Positions 11,228 through 25,599 of a DNA stretch of 64,000 bases are shown here, piece after piece. The stretch's first letter is position 1. Each line of letters begins with the position of its first letter. The notes under the pieces are model-generated. The model worked only from the letters and a program-made list of their open reading frames with translations. It was not told the DNA's origin and made no database searches. Both the position numbers and the translations under genes were made by a program. This DNA comes from Basidiobolus meristosporus CBS 931.73 (taxonomy: Eukaryota; Fungi; Basidiobolomycota): contig MCFE01000054.1 in assembly GCA_002104905.1 (NCBI GenBank), forward strand, positions 62,001-126,000, in the 5' to 3' direction.

Positions 11228-14200
11228 TATTGAGATATTGGACTAATTGGTATCATTCTGCAGCTAAAAGTTTATTTAACAGTTCTAGACTAGTCATGGT
11301 CACTGTGGGACTAACTTACAGCTTCAACTTTGCCACTTTCTTCAGATCCATGATCTATTGATTAATACTCTATAGTCAAGATCAAATTTGCACTATTACT
11401 AAAAGTTATGTACTAACCCTAAAACTGTAACAAAATGCTCCTGAAAATTCAGAAGCCCTCCTTACTTAGTGTTACTGCTGTATTACTTCTACAAAGGTAC
11501 AGATATAGAGCTTTTTCATTAATAAACAAAAGTTTAACTATTATCACTATTTCTTGATAGGTTCCTTATATTCAAATCACCTGTTAAATTGCAACTGGTT
11601 ATGAACCCCAATTGCCTTAATCTACTCTAAAGATGACTTCTACCAGCAAACAGAACAACACAAACATCTTCCCTATAAAGGAGAGGTTTGATGGGAAGAA
11701 CTACAGATTTTTCAAATCAAGTTGCAGATCAACCTTGAGGAAAGGAAGCTTTGGAATTCAGTAACAGGAAAAGAAGTTGAGCAAAGGAACAGCAGAAGAA
11801 GTGGAGAAGTTTCAAGAGAAGGAGAGAAAGGCCTTTAATGCCATATGCATCAACGTGCAGGATTCCCTCATTGGACAAATCCATGCCTCAAGTATTGCCA
11901 AAGTAGCATGGGAATCCTTAGAGAAGATCTTTAGAGCAAAGTCAGTATCAAGCAAGGTTTTTTAAGACAAATGTTCTTCAACATGTGGAAGAAGCCAGAT
12001 GACAACATGCTACCACTCATTACCCAAATGGAGGCATTTGCAGAAGAGCTTTACAGTATTAATGCTGGTGTAGATGATGAAGAAAAGACTCTCTGTTTAC
12101 TTTGCAGCCTACCAGACAAGTATGAGCCACTCATACTTTCTTTTGAATGCACAGAAGGCAATTTCACTTTAGATTATGTCAAAGGAAGACTTCTCCATGA
12201 AGAACTCAGAGGTAATGATCATGCAGAGAAAACTGAAGATAATGCTTATTCAGTTCAGAAAGGCGCACAGAAAAGAAGGGAAAGCAACAAAAACAATGAA
12301 AACCTGGTTGCTGTAACTACTGTAAAAAGCCAGGGCACTGGGCAAGAGAATGCAAGAAGAAACCAGCAGACAAAAAACAGAAACTGGAGCAGGCAAACCA
12401 TATCACAACAGATGAACAGTTATCTGTAACTGTTCAAAAGAGTGCAAATAACTAATGTAATGAATAGTATATTGACTCTGGAGCATCATAGCATATTTGC
12501 GGTATAAAGGAGTGGCTTGGCAACTTGAGGACTATACTTGTAAGAAAGGTTTAGCCGGGAGATAACTCTTCTCTGGAAGCTACCACCAGTGGATCTATAC
12601 AACTAAATATGAGCAATAACTTAGAGGCAACAGCAGCAGGACTGACTGATGCACTCTAAGTACCTGCAATAGCTAAGATCCTACTCTTAGTCAGTGAAGC
12701 AACTACCCAGGGACTGATATTTGTTTTTACTAAGAACAGCTGCTCAATATTGTGTGAAAATGGACAAAAATTAGCTTTGGGAATCAGAGTTCACAATATA
12801 CACATGTTACAATATAAATTTATTGTACCTGAGTATGTCAACATTGCTGAAACTGATGAAACCAACTGGAAGACATGGCATAGGAGGCTATGACACATTG
12901 GGGAACAGAAAATGAGCCAATTGGTGAAAAATCAGCTTGTATTGGGCCTAAAATACTCATTCCAATCAAATTGTATGTTTGTAAGGGATGTTCATATGGC
13001 CAACATGCTAGGCAACACTTCAAGAGCTCAGAAGGCATCAATACTGCTAAAATATTGGCTATTATACACTCAGACATATGTGGCCCCATGAGAACACTGT
13101 CCTTTGGAGCCAAGAGATACTTTATGACATTTATTAATGACAAAACAAGATAAAGATGGGTGTACTTCCTCCAAAAAATGATGAGGCTTCAGAGATGTAT
13201 AAACACTTTAAGCACATGGCAGAAACACAAACTGGGTATAAATTGAAAGTACTATTAAGTGACAATGGAGGAGAATGCTGTTCAAAGGAGTTTGCAAAAT
13301 ACTGCTCATCTACTGGTATACTTCAACAGACAACAGTTCCTCATACTCCACAGTAAAATGGAGTAGTAGAACATGCTAATAGAGCAATAGTAGAGATGTG
13401 AAGATCTATGCTACATGATAAGGGAATGGACTACAAGTTTTGGGCTGAATTTGTTGCTACCGCAGTTTACATCAAGAACAGATACTCAACAACAGCACTA
13501 CGTGATTTTACACCCTTTGAAGCATATACAGGCAAAAAACCAGATCTCCAGCATCTCAAGATCATTGGCAGTGATGTTTTCTGTCACATCCCTGACAAAA
13601 AATGCTCAAAGTTGGAACCAAAGAGTAGGAAAGGGATCTTTTTTTGGTATTGTGAAGATACTAAAGGGTATAGAGTGTAAAATGGTAAAATTCAGAAGCT
13701 GATCAAGAGCAGGGAAGTTGTATTTGAGGAGAATTCAGATCACAAAGCCACTGAAATCATTGGCCTGCTATCTGATGATGCAATCAACACTAATGAAGAA
13801 GATACATTCCAAATTCAGCCAGATATAAAAGATTTCTACCCAGTTCCAGATCAGAGCAGAGTTTCCCAGTGAGGAGATTTACTAGAATAAGAAATGCCCA
13901 TGGATCCTGATGGCAGATATTCAATGATCATGAAGAAGCTTATTTTGCCTTATGTGCCAAGCCTCAGAATCTGGAACAGGCAATGCAAAGTCCAGATGCT
14001 ACTGTATGACAACATGCTATGCAGGAGGAGTACCAATTCCTGCTCAAGGCAAAAATGTGGGAACAGGTAGATTTACCAAATGGGAGAAAGCCAATAGGAT
14101 GTAGACAGGTCTTTAAGATCAAGATAACCTCATATGGTGCCGTTGATAAGTACAAGGCTAGATTGGTGGCTGATGGCTATTCCCAGATCCAAGGACCAGA

Positions 14201-15863
14201 CTTTAAGGAAACATTTGCTCTGGTTGCCAGGCTTAACTCTGTTAGGACAATCCAAGCCCTGGTAGCAGTACGCAGTCTAGGTATAAACCAAATGAACTTC
14301 AAAACAGCCTTTCTGAATGGGGATTTGCAAGAAACTATATATACGGAGCAACCAGAAGGTTTTACCAATCCAAAAGACCACCATAAGGTGTTCAAATTTC
14401 ATAAATCATTGCATGGGCTTAAGCAGGCACCTAGAGTATGGTATAACAAGATTGACACATATGCAGAGAAATTTGGGCTCTCCCATAGCACTGCAGATCA
14501 CAGTATATACATTAAACAGCTCAAAAAGGGTGTGATGATGCTAGTTCTTTATGTGAGCAACCTAATTATAGCTACATGTGCCCAAGAGGCACTCAAACAG
14601 ACAAGATCAGATCTCTTCAGCAAGCTTGAGATAAAAGATCTTGGAAAATTGAGCTATTTTCTTGGAATTGAATTCAGATTTGACATACCTACACAAAAAG
14701 TTGTGCTGAATCAGTAGTAAGTACTTCAGGGACATTCTTAGATGCTTCAAAATGTAAAATTGTCAACTGGCAGCTAGCCCTATGGACAATAACCTGAAAT
14801 TAAGCAAATCTCAGCCAGTTATAGAGGAAATGGCTAATATATGGACCAAAACGTTTTCTATTAATCAATGGTTGGTACTTCAATATATTTGATAGTGTCT
14901 ACACATCAAGATATTGCAGTGGCAGTTGGATTAGTCAGTCAATTCATAAAGAGTTATGCATCAGATCAAATTGCAGCCATTAAGTGGATTTTCAAATATC
15001 TACAAGGTACCATGAATACAATACTGGAATACTCTGGAGCAGCTAATAGGCAAGAATTTGATGGTTTTAGTGATTCAGATTGGGGTAGGGATCTGATTGA
15101 CAGATGCTCTACACAGGCTATGTATTTCTTTATGCTGGTGCAGCTATTACTTGGAATTGTAAGAAACAACCAACTGTGGCCCTATCTACAACTGAAGCAG
15201 AATATATGGCTGCATGTCAGGCAACTACAAAGGCTATATGGCTACAAAAATTATTCAAGGACTTGGGTTCTAATTCAGATGACCCAACATGTATTCACAA
15301 GGATAACCCTAGTTGTATCTCATTAGCTAGAAATCATACTGATCACGCTGGAACTAAGCACATTGATATACAACATTACTTTGTGAGGGAATCTGTTGAA
15401 AATTACTTAGTATAGTTAGTGTACTGCCAAACTAACAAAATGGTGGCAGATATATTGACAAAACCACTAGCAAGGCCACAATTTGAGAATCTTGGGGAGA
15501 AATTAGGATCAAGAAATTATTTAGTTGAGGGGGAGTCTTGAAATTTTGGACTATTTGGTATCATTCTGCAGCTAAATATTTACTTAACAATTATAGACTA
15601 GTCTTGGTCACTGTGGGACTGATATCATAATCACTCCCCATAATCAGGATCAAATTTGCCTATTACTAAATGTTATGTACCAACTCAGAAGCTGTTACAG
15701 AATGCTCCTGAATATTGAAAAACCCTCCTTTCTTAGTGTAACAGCTGTATTACTTCTACAAAGGTAGAAATACAGAGCTTCTTTTTTAGTAAACATCAGT
15801 TCAACTATTATCACTATTTCTTGATAAGTTCCTTATATCCAAATCACTTATTAAATTGATACA
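11228..15863 (+). mobile_element. Full-length degenerate Ty1/copia element with both LTRs and a 5-bp TSD
   Basis: 5' LTR 11228-11596, PBS GGTTATGAACCC at 11597, gag from ~11634, integrase HSDICGPM and SDNGGE, RT, RNase H, PPT GAGGGGGAG, 3' LTR 15536-15863; TSD GTTAC / GTTAT. Confidence 0.9.
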
Positions 15864-16402
15864 GTTATCATATTACAAAATTTTCTTTACTCAAGGTGGA
15901 TCTGCATCTTGATTCTCCAAGGTCTGTAGTTCTTCCCATCAAGCCTCTCTTTTACAAAGAAGATGTTGGTATTGTTCTGTTTGCTAGTAGAAGTCATCTT
16001 TTGAATAGATTAAGGCAATTGGGACTCATAACCTGCTACAATTAAGAAGTGATTTGTATATAAGGGACTTATCAAGATATAATGATAATAGTAAAACTGT
16101 TGTTTATTCATGAAGAGGATAAGTATTTATATCTTTTTAGAAGTAATACAGCAGCAACACTAAGTAAGGAGGGTTTTTTAACATTCAGGAGCATTCTGTA
16201 ACAGTTCCAGGGATAGTACATATTGCTTGGTAAAAAGTGCTAACTTGATCTTCACTATAGGGGAATAATTATAAGATCATAGATAAGAAGAAACTGCCAA
16301 AATTGTGGCTGCAAATAAGTCCCACAGTGACCAAGACTAGTCTAGAACTGTGAAGTAAATTTTCAGCTGCTGAATGATACCAAATAGTCCAATATTTCAA
16401 CA
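15864..16402 (-). mobile_element. 5' end (gag start, PBS, LTR 16034-16402) of a related copia that was the target of the 11228-15863 insertion
   Basis: Minus strand: LTR TGTTGAAATATTGGAC...GTAGCA, PBS GGTTATGAGTCCC, gag start homologous to 11634+. Confidence 0.82.
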
Positions 16403-17090
16403 GGTTCAAATATCAGGTCTCAGCTCATCTTTAGCACCACCAAGACAAAATTAATCCTCAAACTCATAGATACACTACAGACAAGAATAATGAATATTGG
16501 GTTTGCTTGAGTTCCTACTATATGATTTAGTATAGCCTAAGTATCTATGACTAGCCTACATACAAGTGTTTAGGCACTTGTCACTGATCTAGCAGAGCTA
16601 GATACCTCTGAGAGTCTACAGAGATGGAGGAATCTGAGTTAACAGTTGTGGTATGAGCTCTACATCTAGATGCCAGCAGATGCGTTTAAAAAGATTTACA
16701 CAACACAAGTATTGAGATTAATAATGAGTAAAGAGTGAGAGAATTTGATGTGGAAGCTGTGTGCAAACCATTATGCATGTAACTTGCAAAATACAAACTA
16801 GACTCATTCTTTTGTGACTCAACTCTGGGAACCAACAGGATTTTGAGCAGGTTTTAGCCTCAAATGACTAATATACTGCATGATCTATCAATAGAGATAT
16901 GAGACTTCTGAGAGCAATATACCCTGGATTCATATAGACAACAGCTCCATAGTATCAGATAATGGGTAGGTGACTACCTCGAAAAATCAAATTGTAAACC
17001 TTACAAGGAAGAATACACACCACAAGCAACTGCATGAAGATTGCACCAGCATCCTTCAGTTAAGTCTCTACCAAGCAACACAATGCTGAC
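16403..17090 (+). pseudogene. Old, diverged relic of PHIS (Pangu-like) ORF2
   Basis: Aligns with 47520-48100 and, inverted, 36340-37000 (tctagcagagctagatacctctgagag; actctgggaaccaa); CpGs decayed. Confidence 0.7.
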
Positions 17091-17094
17091 ACTA

Positions 17095-17710
17095 TGGTGG
17101 TGTAGAAGTACTCTTGGGAGAAGCAACATAGCTCAAGGTGTGTGAGGTGTCTGGTGGGTGCAATAACCTCAGAGTCCAAACAGCTGGTGAATATTTTAAT
17201 ATATCACTATGGTAAGAGCACCTGCTTCTCTAGCCATCTATGTGCTCTAAGTGTCTCCAAAGGCCTCTGTGTGTCTTGTGCATAGCTCTGAAAAGCTCCT
17301 TGATGACAGGCCTGAGGTGTACCTGTTGAAGGAAGGTGCAGTGATCAACTGCCAAACAATATGGGGAAAATGTTACCAATAGATGGGAGGATTTATTGAT
17401 CAAGGATGGGCTTTCTTTAAATGCTTCTCCTTACTGGAAGGTGATTACAAATGATAAGGTGTCAGAAGATTTCAGGCATCAGTAGCATCTGTGATGACAT
17501 CACTATAAGATCAAAAAACTCAAAGAAGGTCCTGAAAGGCTCTAAAGGGCACAGCACATCTACAAATAAAGGCTCTGTATTCAGAAACCTATGTAACAAT
17601 GAGAAACCATATATGGTACTGAAGTGGTAGGGTTGCTAAAACAGACCTAGGTCATTTGTCATAGGTACTGACACAAGTTCTTGCATAATGAAGATACATC
17701 TAGTAATCTG
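17095..17710. repeat. LTR family C, partial copy
   Basis: Colinear similarity to 39796-40430. Confidence 0.7.
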
Positions 17711-17943
17711 TGGCTAGGGAAACTATTCCATTACTACATATCTCAAAACCAATGTTGCACTCATTTCTTTGTTTTGCTTTTTGCTATTGTAACACAAGTG
17801 AAAGATCAAGAATTTCCAATGCTGAAGGACAAATGCCCCAGACCCTGACAAGCAATCCACCCAAGAATATTATTTCATGCAGAATGATCAGTAGCCTACA
17901 CATGATTTGAATTACAGCTCATTTGAAGCAGTACTTAAGGAGC

Positions 17944-18312
17944 TGTTACAAGTCCTGGTATAAGTGTTGTAGAGGTATAGGGTGTTTAGCTAGTATTGTA
18001 TTCACTAAAACTTGAACTGCTCTTTATTGAGGTTCCAGCAGCTCCTTATATACATTTTGCCTGACCAATTGCTGACTAAGTGTATTTCCTCATGTAGGCT
18101 GTGGCTGATGCCTCATTTGGTTGTATCATCATCACCCAATAAGATTCTACTTAATATATCTATTTTTGTCTGATAAGGATCTGCTGATTCATTTGCTGAC
18201 TGATGCTACTGATTTGATAGATCATAGTGATATACTGATAAGCTAAACATGTAACTAATTGATTTGACTAAAAACTGATCTATCTTAAACATTCAAGCGG
18301 CAGATCATAACA
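17944..18312 (-). repeat. LTR family D copy
   Basis: Reverse complement of 25207-25566; TGTTACAAG...CATAACA ends; no TSD. Confidence 0.85.
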
Positions 18313-18557
18313 CAAGTTCTACATTGTACAAATAACACCCAAAGTGATCAGGCTACTGAATTAATTGATGCACTAGGAAAACTGATGCTTAAGTTGGACT
18401 CTGAAAGTGTATCATCAAGCATCAACAAAGCAAGACCAGCAAATCCCATAACAACCAGTAATTATCCACAGCAAACTAAGTATTTTATGTACAGTGAATC
18501 TGCTGAACATAGCTGTTATGGCTGTCAGGTATTGAATATTGATATTGACAATCATAA

Positions 18558-19592
18558 AGTTTCTCATCAATCCCATCACTACCACTGGATTTTCTTTTGA
18601 CACACTAGAGGAGATCTATACCAAGTACTGTGGTCCATCTACCCCAATCTACCCAAGGAAATCTCTTGCTAAGCTTCCCTGCTGTTACAAGAACTATTGC
18701 CCTACAAGGTTTCATCCTACCATCCATGGCAACAAAAGTCCTAGAAGCTTTCATTCTCAGCTGACAGTGATGGAGAACCACCTTGCAGAGGGGATGAATG
18801 ACTTAGAGCAAGCTTGGAGTACTAGGTTTAGAAGCTCCAATAGACTTCCATATCCCAGAGTGTTCAGCAACAGGTTGCATATAAGGGGGATTTTGGATAC
18901 CTTTCCAGTCAGGATTAAAAGACCTTCTAGAGGGCAGATGCACTTTTATTCTGGCAAGTACAAGGCACACTGTGTGAAGTTTAAAGCACTGTCTGACAAT
19001 GAGGGTAACATCATCTGGCTTAGTGGGCCATTTGCTGGCAGTAGGCATGACAAAGCACTCTGGGTAGAGAATCATCCAGAATTCAGTAGAGGGGAGAAAT
19101 GTATGACAGACGTAGCTTATATAGGAGAGGATTGTCACAGATCAGGATGTATTACAGCTTATAGGAAGCCAAGGAATGGTGTGCTTAGCAGGAAGCAGAG
19201 GCTCTACAATGAGATATCTATTCATTTCAGAGTGGTGTAGTGCATAGATTTGAATATCTAAAGAGATTAAGCATATTGGAAGGTAAATACAGAGGAAAGT
19301 CATATATAGGAGAAAACAGTAGAATAGGTAAAATAGTTAAGATACTTATCATTGCACAGTATATACATACAAGAAGACATCCACTGAGAGAAGTGTGTCT
19401 GGAGCATCATGAAGAGTAAATAAAGCAAGGAAGGCACTACTCTGAGCAACATAAGTAAAATTGAGTAAAATTACCAGTAACTGTAACCTACCACTGGCAT
19501 GATGGTAGAAATTATAGTGCCAGATAGTGCCAGATTAATCTGGCACCATAAACAGGCTGGCACTATGTAGCACTATCCAATGGAACAAGTCT
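18558..19592 (+). mobile_element. PHIS (Pangu-like) transposon right half: DDE_Tnp_4-type transposase pseudogene and TIR
   Basis: ILDTFP...SRHDK...TDVAY, then a premature stop near the final E; ends GGAACAAGTCT followed by ATT. Confidence 0.88.
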
Positions 19593-20430
19593 ATTCCATG
19601 TCAAAGAAGAGACAACAAAAATATGCATGAATCACTTCACAATATATACACATCTTATGCTTAGCAAATTATGCATGTAGATATTATATACTTACTAAGG
19701 GCAACTGCAAGGTATAAGAATGTAGTGAACTGTTGTGATAACTTTATTGGTAGGGTAGCGGCTTGAAGCTGAAACACGCCAATGCAAAAGCAGTAGCAAG
19801 ATTTGTTAAGGAAGATGTGTATCTCAGACATGGTTCAGCTGGTACCCTAATTACTGATAATGGAGAATGTGGATCTTATGCAATACAAGCACTAGGAATG
19901 AAGCATGGAACAAGGCTTATCCATACAATGCCATATCACTCACAGGCAAATTCACTAGTTGAAGATGGACATTCTGCTTTTGGAAATACATTAGCAAAAC
20001 TAAGCTATGAAGAACCCAACAAGTGGGCAAATAACTTTCATGCAGCAATATTGCTGATAGAGTTACAGCTAAAAGAAGTACAGGTATACTCCATTTTTTC
20101 TAACATATATGGACATGAAGCTGCATTGCTAATACACCTATCTTTTGAAAATTGGTTTACCCTCCCATGGAAGCCAACCATGACAGCATCAGAGCCATAG
20201 CTAGCAAGAATACAACAGATTCAACAAGCACACACTCAGCAAAAGAACGCAACAGAAAACCTGAAGAAATACAGAATGGCTGGCAAGGAGTACTATGATG
20301 GGCAAAAGTACCTTGAAGAATTTCTCTTGAAGTGGCTGAATTGATACTACTTCACAGTATCAAGAGTCAAAAAACAAGGCATCCAAACAGGATATGCATT
20401 TTAAGGTCCCTACAAGGTCATAAATGTAGA
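19593..20430 (+). pseudogene. Ty3/gypsy integrase fragment
   Basis: rve motifs LITDNG, MPYHSQANSLVE, NKWANNFHAAILL; C-terminal GPYKV. Confidence 0.8.
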
Positions 20431-20439
20431 CAAAAATGG

Positions 20440-22168
20440 ATCTTTTTGGAACCAGAGATACTTAAGATAGAAGGTATCTGTTGGAGCAAAAGCTTTCCAC
20501 TGGGAGCAATGCATTTGCTTTTCAGCAATATCCCTATACTGATGACCAAGTTATACATAGGGCATTTCAAGCAAAATGAGCCCTTTGAGATACCGGAGAA
20601 ATTTGAAGAAATTGGCAAGCTATTACCAAGTATCTGCTCCCCTAAGTACTTCTCATGGGCTCCAATTAATATTCATACACATATGTGACAATACAGGTGC
20701 AAAGACTGGATGAACTGGATATGTACTTATTCAAGTGATGTTCTGGAGCCATTTCTATCAAGAGTGCATTGGAAGCATTGGGAGTCATATGTGGACACTG
20801 TAGAATATTCATCCAGAAGCAGATCACCAATGCCAACTTGACGCATCTACAGCTGTTGCGTGAGGAGTTTGTGACGGCATTTGAGCAGCTATACTGCAAA
20901 CATAAAGCTGAACGTGTTGATCTCTGCCACTACTGTATCCATTCTCTACTCCATCTTGCACAGTGTGTGGAGAATATCAGGCCTTGCTTCACCTTTTGGG
21001 AGGTTCCTATGGAGTGGATGTGTTGGGAGATAGGGAGAGAAGTCAAGTTGCAGGTACTACCATATCCCAATCTCATCAAGAATATTACCTTCAAGCCTGT
21101 CATGGATGTGATGAGTTGGTGCATGGAGGACAGCCAGAAAGGGTTAGGAAATACTGAGGACAAATATGCACATGGAGACACCTATGCCTATGACATTAAG
21201 AAGCTAAGCAGCCCCAATGCATGGGTAATCATCAAGTAATTCAGAGTTGGGTTGGGTGCAACAAGCAACTAATTTTATCAGGAAAACTCCACCAGGATAT
21301 CCCAGACTTCTTGTGGTCACAAGTCAACTTCTACACCATTCAATACAGAATTCACACATACAAAAGCCAGAGTGCACCTATAAGGGGGACTAGAATTCAG
21401 CAGGCTGAAGGAATATATTGCCTAAATACCAAGAAGGTTTTTGGCAATATTCAGGAGGTATTCATGGCAGAAGTGGCAACAACCAAGCATATGTTTGCAA
21501 GATGTATATGCTACCAGCAGTACAAGGTATTTGGCAACTTTGCAAGTATCACACTAAAAAGCTGTAAAGTTGAGGTGATAGAAGTATGTCAAATGTGGCA
21601 GGTGTGCACATTTGTAGAGGTTAGTAAGCTGGAGGCCATAGTTTTTTTGATTCAAACTATATGTGGAATACCCAAGGTTGTAGTGGGTAAGCAAATAAAG
21701 AGGGGTGATTCTACAGTAGAATATATGAATTGCACAAGGGGAGGTAGAAAAAGGAAATACCAATTGGTAAATTGGTATGGTAGCATTATACAGAACCAGG
21801 TGTAGGCTGTAATACTGCCAAAAAAATGTCATCAGAGTCTTGCTGTGAGGCCGTCAATATACAGTCAAGTTTCTTGCTGTATAAGGCAATTGAAAGCCCT
21901 GGTCAACTGGATCCACTTAAAATAGTAATAGAGCGCTGAAAGACCACAACAATACCATACAAATATTGTCACAGCGCTGATCAAAAACTGTCAAGTTTTA
22001 TCCCTTTATTTGGCTGTAAAATTTGCAAAACACTGTCATGATCTTGTTATAAGATTGTTAGGAGGATCACTAATTCCAAGTTGCTGTTATTATGACAGTC
22101 TCTGAACGGGATCTTGACTGATGATCTGGATTGGATCCACCCGCAGGACCATATTATTTTTGATAGGG
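20440..22168 (+). mobile_element. CMC/EnSpm copy C3: transposase 3' half and right terminus
   Basis: FEQLYCKHK, FTFWEVPMEWMCWEIG motifs; ends TTATTTTTGATAGGG, joined to the interior of an LTR-D. Confidence 0.82.
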
Positions 22169-25080
22169 TCAGTGTTATCTATCAACTCAGTAGCATTGGT
22201 CAGCAAATGAATCAGCAGATCCTTATTAGACAGAAATTGATGTATTAATCAGGATTTTATTGGGTCATAAAGATGCAATCAAATGAGTCATCAGTCATAA
22301 CATATATCAGGAAATACAATTAGTCAGCAGTTGAAATGGCAAAGTGTATATAAGGCACTGCTGGAACCTCAATAAAAAAATCATATCAGGTTTTTGTGAG
22401 TACAATACTAGCCAAACTCCCTATTCCTCTACAACTCTTTTACCAAGACTTGTAACATTGGTGGTAGCAATAATAAGAAACCTCCCTCCTAATTAAAGAA
22501 GTGGCCTCCCTCAAGATGTTCAAAAATCAAGAATGGAAGAGTACTATGTGGCTTATTCTGGCCCAACAGTAACAGTTGCTCCAGATCCTCAGCCCACAGC
22601 AACAAGGAATGACTACCATGGCCCAAAGCCAGCAAAACCCTGTCAAGAGCAACTTTAGCATGAAGGTCATCCTGTAACATGGTAGTGCCAACAAAATCCT
22701 GGGAACTTGGCTCTTTCAGATTGAAGAAGCTTTTAAGACCAAGGGAACTGCTCCAGAAAGCAAGTTACAGTATGCAGCCTCTTACCTGGCAGATGCAGCT
22801 TTATAGTGTTACCACAACAAGATCAGATCAGACACCATGATGGGATGCTCAGCATGGGTGGGATGCGCTTGTGTTGGAAATTCAGGATGCTTTGCAACCT
22901 CCACGCCAGCTGACACTACTAAGAAGAAAGTTAAAGATAGGAAGGAATGGTTCAAGAGTACATCTATGAATATAGATGTCTACTTGGACAATGAACCTCC
23001 TGGACCAAGTGGAATACCTAATGATGGCTTGAACAAAAGAACTTGTAAGGAGGTGAATTATTAAAGTCCCCAGACTATTGAAGAAGCCATCAGGATTGCC
23101 ATCAACTACAACTCAGCTATGATTGGAGTTGGGCAGCTCACAATGACTAATCAGAGTGGCTATAGTCTCTATGAAAGAAGACAATCTGAAGCAGTACCAA
23201 TGGAATTAGATGCTATATGGAAGATTCCCACCTAAGACAGATGTAAGTACAAAGGACTTTGTTTTAGTTGTCACCAGTAAGGACATATTGCAAAGTACTA
23301 TTATCAGAGAAAAAATGCACACCAGTCAACAAGAACCTTTGACCATATTTAAGCCTTTGTCCCATGAATAATCCCAAGCTTGGAAATCATCTGAAATGCT
23401 ACTTTTGATGGAAGTAACAGGCAACTAATTGCCAGATTTGGCATGGATACTAGTTGTTCCAGTCAGCACCTGGGAAATTTGCTTACCTACCTGTCCAATA
23501 GCTAACAACAGAGATATTGAAAGTTGTCAATTTTGAGAAACTTGGAAATCAGCTGAATTATGGTGGTATCTTGCTGGTCCTTTCTGAATTTTTTTAATAG
23601 GGTTGAGCATAGCAATAGGGAGGATGAACTTGAAGAAGACCTCAAACTCATCTTTCATATTACAGAAGATTACCTTTCCCAAATGACCTCAAGCCTAGAA
23701 AAGCTATCACTTTAATGGAGTAATCAATGGAGTACCTGCCGGCATGGAGATGCTATATTGAAGGAGTGAAATGCACTGTGAAGACTGATCATGCCTTCCT
23801 TGAGTATATATTTACTCAGAAGGTACTCTGTAGAAGAATGACACAATGGAGTGTATACATTCAGCAATTTGATCTGGAGATTGTCTACTGCCCTGGGAAA
23901 AACAACACAGTTGCTGATGCCTTAACATGAATAGAGCAAGTTGCACAACTCAACTTGGTGAATGAATCAGATTGGCCTAGCCTATTACCAAAGTACTTGG
24001 AGGATCAAGCCATGCTCAAAGTGGTGGATGATGATATCAAGAAGATAATCCAAGATGAAGCCAGCAAATTGGTGGTACAGGGTGAAACACTCTACCAAAT
24101 TGCTGATGGAACACCTATTTCCTATTGCCCTTATGTTGCTTGCCTGGATTTAATACATAAGCTACACAATGGATATGGACACCTTGGATTTGAAGGAACC
24201 TATAGGTTCCTTCAAATCCAAATAGCCTTGTGAAAGCCAAAGCATGGTGGCCCAAAATGAAACAAGACATTGAGAAGCTAGTGAAAGTATGCCCAAATTG
24301 CCAAATCAACTAAGGCCAACCACAGGGAATTGCTGAACTCTTTCCCTTGAAGCCTGAAAAACCATTTGAAAGATGGGGAATTGACTCTTTGGAAGACTGC
24401 CAACTACCATGAAATGCAACTGCTGGATCCTAGTAGCAATTGACCATGGCACCAAATGGCCAGTGGCTAAAGCAGTACCTGTAGCCAGTGAACAAGAAGT
24501 TGCAAGTTTCATCTACCATGAGATCCTTATGAAATTTGGATGACCTATAGAGATTCTATCCACTAGATGAGCAGACTCTATGGCAAAAACATGGAAGCTT
24601 TCCTGGAAACCCAGCATATCAGACACTTGAAAACCTTGGCATATCATTCTAGAACTAATGGAGTCACTCAGTGGTCTTATTGACTATTTAGAAAAACACT
24701 CACCTAGTATGCAAATGAAGCTGTCAGTATATGGGATGAGTATATAGACCAAGCACTTTTTACATGTAGAATTGGAGTACACAACACCACCTAACAATTG
24801 CCATTTTACTTAGTGTATAGATGTGAACCAAGGTTTCCAGGAGATCTCACACAACCACAGCTTACTGACACCTTAGAAGATGAACTCAGTCAGTCAAGTA
24901 GACACCTGCAGCTGGAGCAAAGATTTCAAGAAGCACTGGCCAAAGTGTCTCAAAGAGCAGAAAGATGAAGCAGAGATTTGATAATGCTATATCACCAGAA
25001 ACATTGACAGTTGGGAACTTTGTATTGCTGAGAAACAATGCTTTGACAAAGTTTGAGCCACAATGGTATGAGAATGCAAG
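22169..25080 (+). mobile_element. Ty3/gypsy element: truncated 5' LTR-D (to 22458), gag, RNase H end and integrase; protease and RT not recognisable
   Basis: gag TWLFQIEEAF...AASYLADAA, PMELD, CFSCHQ.GH; RNase H VKTDHAFLEY; integrase HNGYGHLG, WGIDSL, AIDHGTKWPVA. Confidence 0.78.
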
Positions 25081-25206
25081 CTGTGAGGCTAGTTAGGCAA
25101 GTACAAGTACTCAAAGCAGCAGGCTGAATATTGTGGTAGCTTGCAAAGGAGTTACACTGCACACTACAAAGTTGGGGTCATCTAGCATCTGACAGCTCCA
25201 TAGTAT

Positions 25207-25566
25207 TGTTATGATGTGCTGCTTGAATATTTAAGTTAGATCAGTTTTTAGTCAAATCAATCAGTATATGTTTAGGTTATCAGTATTATCTATCAAATTA
25301 GTAGCATTAGTCAGCAAATGAATCAGCAGATCCTTATCAGATAGAAATAGATATATTAAGTAGGATCTTATTGGGTGATGATGATGCAATCAAATGAGTC
25401 ATCAGCCACAACCTACATTAGGAAATAAAATTAGTCAGCAATTGATCTGGCAAAATGTATATAAGGAGCTGCTGGAACCTCAATAAAAATCAGTTCAAGT
25501 TTTAGTGAAAACAATACTTGCTAAACTCCCTATTCCTCAACAACTCTCATACCAAGACTTGTAACA
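25207..25566 (+). repeat. Solo LTR family D with 4-bp TSD GTAT
   Basis: TGTTATGA...TTGTAACA; GTAT at 25203-25206 and 25567-25570. Confidence 0.85.
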
Positions 25567-25599
25567 GTATATTGGAGCTCAGAACCTTGCTTGTAATGA

